Below, one piece after another: positions 24,203-35,639 of a DNA stretch of 64,000 nt (position 1 is the first letter of the stretch; each line of letters begins with the position of its first letter). Source of the DNA: Emiliania huxleyi CCMP1516 (taxonomy: Eukaryota); the NCBI RefSeq assembly GCF_000372725.1, contig NW_005201412.1, forward strand, positions 62,001 through 126,000. Reading direction: 5' to 3'. The position numbers and the translations under genes are program-made. The notes under the pieces were generated by a model. It ran no database searches. It was not told the origin of the DNA and worked only from the letters and a program-made list of their open reading frames with translations.

Positions 24203-24549
24203 TTTGGCGGGTAAGGTAAGGTATCGTAATTCACGGCCAAAAGGGTGGGGGGGTATGGTCCTGGCCGCCGGAGGCGGCCTCCTCGAGGGGTGGGGGGGTA
24301 TGGTCAGGCTGGCGGCCCTCTCCAGGGGTATGGTCATGCTGCTAGTCTGCACCACACCGGCAACGCTTTCGGCACGTTTTGTGGGCGAGCGGGACGCATC
24401 CTGGCACTATCTGGCCCATCTATGACAGTGACGACCTACTAACTATGAGCCTGAGAAGTCCCTTTCCTGAACATTAAGGTCTGCTGGCGCCGCGGTCAGC
24501 TCGATCCGGGAGCGTTCGACCAGACGACCATCCGTTACGTCCGTTACCG
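24148..24549 (-). repeat. ~400-bp leader module, copy 1
   Basis: Near-identical reverse complement of 31372-31780. Contains repeated gaccatacccccc motifs. Confidence 0.92.
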
Positions 24550-25650
24550 CGCTTCCACAGGGAGGCGCGGCGCACCTCAAGCTCGAGCGAGTAGCGGGAA
24601 TCTCACCCGCTGCTCCGGCGGGAGAGTGCTCCCCCGCCGCCCCCTGGGTCACCCTGAGTGACCTCGCAGCCCACGCCGTGAGGCGCTGCTGTCAGGGGGG
24701 TTTATCACCGCCGTATCCACCCCACACTGGCCGCCGAGGGGCCCGGCGGACTGAGGCGCGCGAGGCGGCTTTTGCTCCCGCGGGGCGGCTCTACCCGTCT
24801 CAGCATGGCGTCCCGAGGTGTAGCCGTGTACCTGGCGGCAGGGCCATCACTCACGCGCCTACTCGCGGCACGAGGGAAGGCGTGACGCGACCGCGAGAGG
24901 CGAGATGGCTGATGGCGAGACAGTCGTTTGGCCCGTTTGAGGCTGAAAGGATGACCGCGGACGATGAGGGCGACGATTCATCGCGGCTACTGAGCAGGCA
25001 AGGTCCGGACCTACAGGATGGAGGGGCGAGTAGTGAGACTCGGGACCATATCTTCGCGTCGAGAGACGAAAATCCGGTCTATTGGCCGCCAGCCGCGCCG
25101 GGCGCCGAACGTCACTTAAGGGAACTGCGCGACGACGACGACATTTCTGAGGTGGAGCGTTCACCACCGCCCTTCCAATGGTATTTGCCGGTCGGGGGGG
25201 CGTCGGCAGCACCGCCGCTCCGCGCGGATGTTGCAAACGGTGGCTCGGGGCACCTATTTCGGCAGCCCCGGGGCGGGAGCCGAGGAGGGGCAGCCGTTGC
25301 GGTTGCGCCATCGCAGCTCGGCGGCGCGTGGGGAGCCGAGCGGCGCCCAGCGATCCCGCGAGACAGCGGCCCGCATCCGTCCCGGATGCCGCGCCCACGC
25401 TGCGCGGCGCAAGCGCCATATGGGGGAAGCAGCTGGTCCGCCGTTTTCTGCACTCGAGTACTTCGAGGCGCAGAGAACTCTGCTGGAATTTAGCGGGTTG
25501 GCGAGAAGGGGGGGAGAGCCCAATGTGTGGCCGCAGTTGTGGTCTTCTTTTTTTCTCCCTACCTACAACAGCGTCCACGGGTCTTCCCATCAATCAATCA
25601 ATCCACGGGTAGCCCTGAAGTGCTATATAAACCTTCAAACCGTGCACAAC

Positions 25651-27065
25651 TCACAAAACATCCAAGAGGCCGGGCAGCCCCAGCCGGGCGTCTGCCAGCG
25701 CGCAAGCAGTAGCATATACACTCTCCTCTTCCCACCCGCAGCGCAGAATGCGCTGCAGCACCCACGCCTGGTGCGTGAAGTTGGGGGCACGCAGCACGGT
25801 CTCCAGTGGGTGCGTGTGCTGTCGCTCCGTATCGACGTCGGCCATGGTGATGCCCTGTGGCATGGGGCAGCTCGCGATGGTGCCGGCCGCGTTGCTCTTA
25901 GCCTCGCCCGCCAGGAGGAGGGCGTGGTTGAGACAACGGACTGCATCGACGCGCGTGCTCTCGTCGAAATCGATTTCATCGCGGATTGACTCCAGGTGCG
26001 AGTAGTTCGGGGGGAGGCGCACGCCGGAGATGTCGGGCGCGTCGCTCTCCCAGCCGCGCAGCGCAGGCAGCAGCCCAGGCATGAGCCCGTCGGCAACCTC
26101 CGCGGGGGAGATCTCTCCTCCTTGGGCGAGCGCGCACCTGCGCAGCGGGTCGGCCCCCGCGCGCAACAGCCCTTGCACCAGCTCCGCCTGCCCCTCAAAA
26201 GGCGCCGCCATCAGCGCGGATAGGAGCGGCGAGACGGCCGACGCCTCGACCGGGTCGACAGGCGACGGAGGGGAGAGGGGCAGCGCGGCGACAGTCTCGC
26301 GCACGAGGTCGCGACGAGAGAGAACACCCCAATCCTGTCGGCGCGCGAGGCTGTACAGGAAGGACAGCAACTCAACCCGCAACTCAGAGTCTGGTTCAAT
26401 CCTGTCGCCCGGGGCCGCCAGCTCTAGCCACGCCCGAAGGAGGGGGTAGCCCGCGAAGGGCTCGGCCAGCACGGTCTGTTCCGCCGCCGCCGGCGGCGGA
26501 GGGTCAGCCAGGGAAAGAGAGGAGAGCGCCTCCGCGGCGTCGGAGCTTGCGCCCGCGCCTTCCACCTGCGCGCACGAGCACGGCAAGAGGGGTCGGTGGG
26601 GGATCGGTGGTATTGGTGTCGTAGGTGGGCGCCCACCGTCCGCTGCCGCACGCTCCGCCGGAAGTGGGCGGGCTCCTTCATCACCACATCATCCTGCGGC
26701 TCCTCGAGCAGCGACCGCCGCTGCAAGGCCTGCTTGTCGATGCCGCGACCACGCCTGATGCCGAGGTGGAAGCCAGCGAGCCGTACAAGCCGGTCAGGCG
26801 GAGGGCCATAGAGGTCGCTGCCCAAGGTGAGACGGACTAGGTCGGCATCAACGAGCCAGCTGCCGCGCTCGTTGAACGTCGCGTATCTTGCCTTGATCAG
26901 CGCGCTGCGTCGCGGCTCCTTGGAGAGCTCTGCAAAGATTTGGTGCGCGTTGAAGACGTTTGCGGCGACGACGAGGTTGTCGCTCGAGTCCGCGCCTCCG
27001 TCGGCGTACCACGAGTGGAGCGCGGCTCGGAACGTCCGCGCAAAGTCGGTCGGCTCCTCATCCAT
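25651..27065 (-). CDS. Hypothetical protein (2 exons) with an ankyrin-like segment
   Basis: The MDEEPTDF... exon joins ORF 25651-26586. Contains GQAELVQGLLRAGADP. Confidence 0.55.
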
Positions 27066-27142
27066 TTTCCTGCGTCCAGGGCGGAGGCGGCGGCGATCGA
27101 CTTTGCAAACCCCGGAAGTGGCTCGAACTTTTCTTCTTTTAA

Positions 27143-28979
27143 GGTGGCAGTCCGGGTTCTGTGAAGAGGGTCGCTCGTCGAATGCGAGCCAGTTCGCTCG
27201 CGACGCCGACGCCGACGCCGCCGCCGGAACGACCGCGGCGGCCGGTCGAGCGGCCGCCCCGGCCAGCGGCCGTATCGAGCCTGCCCGTCGCGAAGGTGCG
27301 GACCTCACGCTCCCCACCGGCCGCCCGCGCCGCCGCGCCCACGTCGCTCTCTCGAAGCCGAGCGCCACGCCGCTACGACTCCCATCGCGACGACTCCCGT
27401 GCTCGCTCCTGGCGCAGGCGATCGACTCCTGACACCCATCGAGCGGATGGGCGCGTTCCCGCCGCGACCCGGTACTCTCGAACGACTTTTGAGGGCAAAA
27501 GGTGCCGCCCGAGCCCATTCCCGCCGCCCGCCGCCCGAGATCAGCTGCCACCGGCCAGCGCGCGCGCGGAGACCTGCCGCGAGCGCCTCCGTGGCCCTAG
27601 CTGGGGTGATTAGCAAGCGCCTCGGCACTTTAGATTCGCCCCTCGGGCTTTTCCGCGCGCGTGATCAGTCTCGCGTTCTCTCCTTTTTCAGGCGCCTGTT
27701 TACGGCCTCTGAAGAGCAACCGTCGAGGCGTCGATGCTCGCCTCCACGCCCGCGCCAGACCTCCGCGATTGGGGCGCCTTGTCGACGGGATCAATTGTGA
27801 TTCCGGGCGTATTTTTCTGATAGCTTACTCGCATATCGGCGACTCTTAGTCGCTTCTCCGTGCTAGGAGGCCTCTGTTTTGTGTCCGTGAGGACTAGATC
27901 GAAATTAAAATCCGGGAACATTTCAGTAAGCTATCAGAAAAATGCGCGTTCACTCACAATTCATGTGTATATGAACGGTGCCGACGGGTTTGGCGAGCAG
28001 CGAAGCCGTCCAGGCGCAGCAACGCGACGGTTTCGGAGGCCGACGGCCCTCCGAAAGAGCCTCCCGAGCGAGGCCGGCGCGGTCACGGTACCGTGGAGGC
28101 CACAGACGTCGCCGGAGCGGCACTCCCGGGGCGCCACTCCCTCACCCGGTCAGGGGGGGCCAACCACAGCCCGCCTCACCGTCCGTGGAGCTTCCGTGGT
28201 CCGCCGCTCCGGCTTCGATTTTCGACCCTCCCGAGGCTGCTAGAGCAGCCCCGCGGAGCCTCCCGGATGCATCGGCACACCGTCGTCCAGAACGCCGGCG
28301 CACGCGCTGCCCAGTGACTGGGCGGGTCGGCCCCGACTAGGGGCGGGCCCAGCCGCGCGGAGAAGGCCAGCGAGCTCGAAACACGTCGCCGCGGCCGGCC
28401 GTTTCGCAAGCCTGAGCGGGTCGCCAGACACCCGCGAGAGCCAGCAGCTAGAGCGCCGTCGTAGCCGCAGATCGAGTCGAGGAGCTTGATGTCCACGGTA
28501 GCAGTTGTGGAGAGCGGTGGCACGGTGCGTGTAGACGCGTCGATTGAGGGCTCCCTTTCGAAACGCGACGGGTACGGCATGACAACTGCCAGTACAGTTT
28601 TACGCCGGCCAGCGTGAGAGCACAACAGGGAGCCGGCGACCCGTACGCTTTGCGCGTGGCGACTGGTGGCTGTCTGGAGCTCGTGTGAGCTGGGCCGACG
28701 CGTGGCCGAGCCGAGAGGACCAGCGAGCGACCATGTTGGCGATGAAGCTTGGCGGCCGGCGCCTCGTCGCCAGACGTCACAGCGGCGTGGACGTAGGAGT
28801 GTGCGGCGACGGTTACCGGCAAATCCGGCCCAGTGTGGCCGGCAGCTGCCTAGCGCTGGCCTGTGGCCGGCGCCGCGGTGGCGGAGAAGGCGTCTCGCCG
28901 CCGTGGCGGCGGTCGGCAGGTGCGAGCGTGATGCCATCTTGCGGGACGACACCCGTCTCGCAAAACCCGGACTGCCACC
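27143..28979. mobile_element. TTAA-inserting non-autonomous TIR element (Kolobok-like GG...CC termini)
   Basis: ttaa|ggtggcagtccgggtt ... aacccggactgccacc|ttaa (TSD 27139-27142 and 28980-28983). Internal inverted repeat at ~27795-27838 and 27926-27962. Confidence 0.7.
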
Positions 28980-30299
28980 TTAAGCCTAAGCGCGCGCTTC
29001 CTCGCACGCATTTCGCGCTCCTTAACGGTCTCGCCAGCCCCAACTGTTCAGTAGAATTCGCTGCAAGTGGGCTCCTGCTTCCCTCACATGTGTCTTGGAC
29101 AGTCCTTACGCAGCTCGCCGAATGTGGTATCTACCACGTGCCTGTGCCAGCGAGACCTATGCCTCGGCACCCCAGACCTGTTACCAGCGAGCTAGTGTTC
29201 AGTAAGGGTGGAGCTTCGAGGTGACGAGGCGATCGACGTTGCAGGGTTCGGACTTTTTGCGGGGTGTGGTATGGTAGCGTCGCGCAACCCACCTCCAGAC
29301 CATACCCCCCCACCTGCTGACAGACCCAGCCTCCCCCCGACGGGACCATACCCCCCCCCCCCCCTCCCTCGCCCCACCGCCGGCCGCCTTACTGCTAGTT
29401 CTGCTAGGCTCCAGGAGGCTGCAGACACCAACACTTAGGACACGCACACTAGATACGCGCGGATGGCCGCCGTCTTCCACGCCAGCACCGGCCGGTGCTC
29501 GTCTAGAGCGCGGCGGCGAAGTTGGCAATCGCCTGGCGAGCGGCGGGCGCGGCATCACGGCAGCTGGCAGAGAGTGTGTGAGTCACACGAGAGGGCAGAG
29601 AGTGTAGGCTCGTGGCTTGACGCCCGATGAGAGGGTAGAGCCGTGTGGAAGATTGTGGAGTGGAGTACGAGTTCTGAAGAGGCTGCCGGGGCGGCGCGCA
29701 GCGGCGGCACCTCGCCGCCGCCACAATCCGTCTCGGAGAGGCACTTTGTATGGGTTTACACTAGTAGGGGGGGCCCCGCCGGAGGCGAGTAACTGATAGC
29801 ACCATGCTTGGACAAACAGAGAATAGGCTCAGTCTGTTCACGCTTGGACAGTTGCGTTTGCCTTGCTCGAATGGAGTGACGTGTACGCCTCGTGCACGCA
29901 GCTCACACGTGAGCTCTTGAGCGCGTTGTTGACGACCGGCACCCACGATGCCCGTGGTGTTGACGGATTCCGGACCGGCTCCGACGCCTTGCACGGGCGT
30001 AGTCGTTACGTCGGTGACGCCCTGCTCCCTCCTCGCACCTCTGCTTGTGTCCGGACACTTCACCGCGAAAAGGAAAGAGCGTGAGGCGCCGTCACAGCTG
30101 TCGATGTGAATGGCTTCTCGGATGGTACCTGCGAGCGGGATGTTAAGATCAGCTCGAGGACGCGATCGTAGCTAGAGGCCCCATCACCGATGTCGTCGAG
30201 TGGGATGGTTGTACCTCCTCCGTTAATAACCACGTCGTCGCCCACGGTGCTGCTCTCCCCGTCGTCTGCGTCTGTTGGGACAAGCTCGTCTTGCCACTC

Positions 30300-30700
30300 C
30301 GGTGCGCGGCAATCCCTCGCGCCGCTCCTGCCGAGGTCAGCTTGCTTATCGACGTAGTCGTTCCACTTATGACCACTGTGCCCCTTGACGTGTCTCCATG
30401 TCACTTCGTGCCTCGACGCTAAATGCCGCCACGCTGCTCGAAGATAGCTCGCTAGTTGTGCGTTCTCCCCCGGCGAGATTCTCCCCGTCGCCACACGCCA
30501 TCGCGTACTCGCTGTCCGTTCGGACCACCCCTCGTGAGCCTGCTGGTCGTGGTGCCGTGTGGAGTAGTGAGAGCGAAAAAGCTCCGCAAGCGCTGACAGC
30601 TCCGCCGTGTTATTGGTGTGTCTTTCTCAAAACAGGCACCGAGGACTCAGACCATTTCGTGAATCGAGGCACTTCTCCGAACAACGTTTTGTCGAGATCC
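30300..30700 (-). pseudogene. Degenerate RNase H domain, probably from a retrotransposon
   Basis: TNNTAELSAL, VRTDSEYA and VTWRHVKGHSGHKWNDYVDKQADLG are spread over frameshifted frames. Confidence 0.8.
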
Positions 30701-31014
30701 GGAGATCTACCTCTGAAAAACCTCTCGACCGCTGTCGTCGCGTGACCGAGTAGGACAGGCTGCTCTGACTGGTCGCGGAGAGTGGCCCGGCGCGAACCGG
30801 GGGCTGTGCATTCGGGAAGGAGGCGGCAGGCCGGCGGCCGCCGGGCCGCCGGCACGGTGGGTGCGAGACTCGAACAAGAGGGCTGGCGGGGAGACGCGGC
30901 CCGCGCCTCCGTGCGGTGGCTCAGTGCTTCCGTGCCGGTGGATTGTGTGTGCTGCCACGCCACTGACTGGCCGAGTGCACTCTGCTGCACTCTGCTGCGC
31001 TCTGCTGCAATCTG

Positions 31015-31033
31015 ACACACACAACACACACAC

Positions 31034-31130
<97 letters not shown>

Positions 31131-31227
31131 ACACACACAAACAACGCGCGCGCGTGAACAGGGCTCCAGGCCCCAAATTACGTGTGAGTGTTAGAGTTGT
31201 TTGGTATTGCTAAAAATCTCTCTCTCA

Positions 31228-31304
<77 letters not shown>

Positions 31305-31324
31305 TCTCTCACACACACACACAC
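31015..31324 (+). repeat. (CA)n microsatellite interrupted by a LINE 3'-end fragment
   Basis: Long CA runs on both sides of 31145-31226. Confidence 0.95.
31145..31226 (+). mobile_element. 3'-end fragment of the CRE-like LINE
   Basis: Matches 46834-46926 (gtgaacagggctccaggccccaaat...gctaaaaatctctctctc). Confidence 0.8.
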
Positions 31325-31371
31325 CAGCAGGACCATACCCCCCCTCCCCCGAGGGTGTAACGGACATCGTA

Positions 31372-31780
31372 CGGTAACGGACGTAACGGATGGTCGTCTG
31401 GTCGAAGGCTCCCGGATCGAGCTGACCGCGGCGCCAGCAGACCTTAATGTTCAGGAAAGGGACTTCTCAGGTTCATAGTTAGTAGGTCGTCACTGTCATA
31501 GATGGGCCAGATAGTGCCAGGATGCGTCCCGCTCGCCCACAAAACGTGCCGAACGAAAGCGTTGCCGGTGTGGTGCAGACCAGCAGTACCAGCAGCATGA
31601 CCATACCCCTGGAGAGGGCCGCCAGCCTGACCATACCCCCCCACCCCTCGAGAGGGAGGCCGCCTCCGGCGGCCAGGACCTTCCCCCCTTTTTGGCCGTG
31701 ACCATAATATTAATACCTTACCAGCCAAAATGAAAAAACCAGCATCCTCCTTTCGGGTCTGCCGCGTCTCTTTACTCGCC
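31372..31780 (+). repeat. ~400-bp leader module, copy 2
   Basis: Inverted near-identical copy of 24148-24549. Confidence 0.92.
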
Positions 31781-33347
31781 TTGCTGCCTTGTCTTGCGAG
31801 CCTGCCGAGCCAGCCGAGCGAGAGGATGACATTTCCGCGCTGCTGGGAGCGTGCGCGCCTCGCCAGCAACCCACCGGCTATGCTGGGCGCCGGCAACCCA
31901 CGCACACACGATGCGAGCTGGCTGGACTCGGCATCGGCGCTCAAGGGAGCGAAGGCGGCCGATGCCGTCTTCGCGAGGAAGGCTTTCGGGGCGGCAGGCC
32001 TGGCGCTTGTTCCGACCGTGAAGCTGCGCAACGCGTACGAGTTCCAGGCGAGCACAGGCGGCCAAACCGACTACAAGCCGTTCGACGGCAAGTGCCCCGA
32101 CTATCACGAAGCCGCCATCACCTTCCTTGCATCGTCGCCCGTACCAGAGCCCCGCTTTCCGGGTGCCAAGATTGGCACCGACGCCTCGTATGCGCTCGAG
32201 AATGGAGCGAGCGTCGGCGTGCTGGACATCCACGCACCGATGTCTGCCGCGCTCAAGCAGCACCTGATGGTCGCCATAAGTGCCAACCCGCCGCCGGGCA
32301 ACCCGCCGCCGGCCTCACTCATCAACTTCCTGCGCGAGCGCTCGCTGCCTCCAAAGGCGCGAGGTAAGTTCGGCGAGGCGCAGGCTTTAGCAAGCTTTAT
32401 GCAGCGGGTCGGCCTCGAGGCGGCCAAGTCGGCCTCGTCCGAGGCCGACAGGGCATACCACGACGCCGCCGCAAGCACGGCAGCGGCGCAGGCGGCGGTT
32501 GCGGCGGCTGGGAGGCGGGCGGCAGAGCACCTGGAGCAGGCGGCCCGTGCCGCTGGCGCGGAGGCAAGGTCGGCTAATCCGGCACTGACCGACGAGGGCG
32601 AGCTGCGCGTGCGCGCCGAGGTGGCGGCGAGCCTCTCCGACCTGCAGGTGGCCCAGGCAAAGCAGGTGCACTCGCTCAACGACGCGCCGGCCCTGCCGCC
32701 AGGGGGGGGCCTCCACGTGCGGCCGGGCCCGCGGCGGGCCCCGGTGCCGACGGTGCCGGGTCAGCCGCCACCAACCCACTTCGACATGCAGGTGGCCCAG
32801 GACTTTCCACCGCTACACACACGGCCGCAAAGCTAGCTCTTCACCTTCCCGTGTGACCCGACAGGTGCGGACCCCGGGAGCGGCGTTCCCGGCGAGGGGC
32901 ATCCCGCCGCGAGACGAGCGCGAGGAGTTTAAGACCGTGTCAGCAAGTGCAGCTTGGAACTGCCGCGACCCGGGAGGCGCAACGCGCGCCGAGCTGGCCT
33001 ACGTCCGGATGGAGATCTACGCGACACCCGCCGAGGAGGCGGCGTGGAAAGCAGAGGAGGTGGAGCACCTCTTCTTGCAGATTGTGGACCCCTCCGGGAG
33101 GCACCACCTGGTGGTGGCCCCCGCTTGGCGGATGGCCCAGCTAGGTGCTAACTACAACGCCTCCGACTCGTTCACTCTGTATTCACGCTGCCTGCTGGAC
33201 GAGAACGGAGTGCCATATGGCACGCCGCCGGGCTCGAGTGCGGGAGACTACCCCAACCCACCATTCCACAGCACGCACACTGACCAGCTTCTAAAGAGGC
33301 TGGTCTACGAATACGGTTTTGTATATGTGACCTGGTGGGAGTACTAG
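31730..33347 (+). CDS. Hypothetical protein, probably 2 exons (intron ~32792-32864)
   Basis: The 368-aa and 164-aa ORFs can be joined at cag|gt...acag|gt. Ala-rich helical middle. No family recognised. Confidence 0.55.
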
Positions 33348-33350
33348 TAG

Positions 33351-34430
33351 CCCCGCGAAGTGTTTTCTCTCGTGCAGCCCGAAAAGTCTTATCAACAAAG
33401 TCTCGGAGAGCGTCTCGCGCCCCGCGGAACTGGTAGATGCACTGGTGTGGGTCGTACACGACGAGCTTGGCGCAGCTCGCGCGCTCGGCGATGGAGATCT
33501 GCGCGGCGGTGCAGTCGTGCGCCTCGTCTAGCATGACGACATCGTACCGCTGAAGCGCCGCCTCCTGCGCGCGGCTGTCGAGCTGGAAGGCCTTGACGTA
33601 CCCGTCGTGCGTCAGCTTCACCTCGGCGCACTTTGGGTCGCACATGGCGGACCAGACCAGCCGCGCCGCCGCGACCTCGTCCCACTCGCCCGGCCGCGGC
33701 GGCCGACCCGCGCGGTGCGAGTCCGAGATCTCGGCGTCGTCCGAGGCGATGAACAGCTTGAGCACCGCGTCGACCGCCTTGACCGCCGCCATCTTGTCCT
33801 GCGGGTCGCGGCGGCCGTCGTGTAGGAGCCCCCACGGCACGAAAAGCTTGCCGCTCACGTTGCCCTTGTGCAGCGCCTTTGTCGGCGTGTAGGCGAGCGA
33901 GTGCGTCGTGACGACGTCGACGTGGATCAGCCGCGCGCGACGGAACTCGTCCTGCTTCTCCCGCTGCACGTCCTTGTTGAACGTGAGGTAGAGGAATCTG
34001 AGGTTCCGCCGGTGCGCCGCGTAGTCCTGCAGCACCGTCGACTTGCCCGAGCCGGCGGCGGCGACGATGCCGAGCAGCTCGCCCTTGCGCAGCTCGGTGT
34101 TGATGATGGCCTGCCACTCCTCGTCTCGCACGAGCCCGCCGCCCGACGCAGCGTCCGCCGCGACGGGGGCGGGCGGCGCTGGCACCGGCACTGCTGCGGG
34201 CGGGGCACTCATCGGCACTTCTCCCGGAATCTCCATTTGCGCGAAGGCGTCGTCGTCGAGGCAGTAGGCGTCGTACTGCGAGGCTTGAGAGGCTGAGATG
34301 TCCTGTTGGGAGCCTTGCGAGAGCGACTGCTGCGGCGCAGGCGGCACAGGCGCGAGCTGGGCGAGCAGCCGAGCGCGATCCTGCTCGGAGAGGCCCTGCA
34401 GCGCGGAGAGTAAGCAGGCATGGTCGGTCA
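33351..34430 (-). pseudogene. N-terminal half of a UvrD/FBH1-like superfamily 1 helicase, truncated
   Basis: Walker A AAAGSGKST, FLYLTFNK, TTHSLAY, THDGYVK, Walker B VVMLDEAHD, YDPHQCIYQFRGA. Homology stops at EKTLRG, just before the expected motif IV. Confidence 0.8.
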
Positions 34431-35639
34431 TAGACCCTTTCGACAAAGATTTTGCCCTCCGCCCGCGATGGAGGCCTTTTTGAGCGTCCGTCGCCAGCTC
34501 GCTCCTGGCGGCCCGACTGTGGCCGGCGATCCGCGAGAGTCGACTCCTGAGCGTGTTCCATGGTCCCGCGCCTGGATTCCGGCCCGGGAGGCTCTCGAGC
34601 GGCACACTGGTGACTCGCTGCTCGACGCTCTCGTTCAAGCGTCGACCGGACACAACGCCGCTCGTAGGCCGCCACGTCCAGGCTGGTCGGCATCTGAGTT
34701 GAGGCCTGGACCAAGCTGCATGAGCGCATCGGCTGTGGCCGCAGCAGGTCCACCAGACGGGCGTCAAAGCTTGCCGTCGGTGTGCTGTCGTGGGAGAGCC
34801 CGAGACAGCTGAGAGGAGCCGAGTGCATTGGCGAGCCAGGGGCGGCCTGGGTCACCAAGCGGTGGACCTTGCCCATTCTGAGCAGGGCTGTGCTTTGGTG
34901 GGGTTGTGCTTGAGCGTGTGTGAAGTGGGAGTGCGTGCCGGCGGCGTCTGTGAGCTCGTAATGCGCTTTAGCGGGCCGGACGACATTACTGTTAACAAAC
35001 GCAGCAGCGCGATACCGACACACCTGAGACGAGCGCCGCCAACGCGACGCACACACGGTCGATGCAGTATGAGCGCGGTCCGACTTGGCGGCGTGCCGTC
35101 CTCCAAGCGCGCGCCAGTCCCGTGCTCGGTGCGAGGAGTGCGCGTTGTAAAATGTCAGAGCTAGAGTCGCGGCGCAGAAAATTCTTTTTCTGGCGCTCCC
35201 AGTGCGTCGTCAGGGCAAGGGGCATGCGTGGCGGCGCGGGACGCGTGGCGGCGGCGGCGAGCAGCCGAGCCGCACCGTGAGCGGTGAGGCGGCCGGGCGA
35301 GGGCGCGGCGGGTGACGGGTCAAGGGAGCAGCCCACACCCGGCGTCGCTTTTTGAGCGACGCCTGTGGTACGCCTGCGCAGGGGCCGCAGGGCGGTCAGT
35401 TGTGGGGCGAGGCGGTGCCGGCCGCGGGCCGGGTGCAAGGCGCCGGCCTCGGCGCCGCCTCGGCGCGCCGCACGGGCGCGGCGAGCCTCTGAGCGGGAGC
35501 CGAAGGTTTGGTGTGGTGGCGGTGGTAGGTGGGGTGGTGGGGTGGTGGGACGGTGGGGTGGTTTGACTTTGCCGCAGAGGCCGTCCGTAGCTGTGAACAG
35601 CAAAAAGGGGGATCGTATTCTCTTTGTGCGAAACTCAGC

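Noticed and set aside
24549..31372. The interval between the two leader copies as one TIR transposon
   Set aside because: No TSD was seen at the outer ends, the outer ends run directly into ORF starts, and the interior holds independent elements.
33340..33350. ctag|t as a Helitron 3' end
   Set aside because: No subterminal GC-rich hairpin and no matching 5' TC end was identified.
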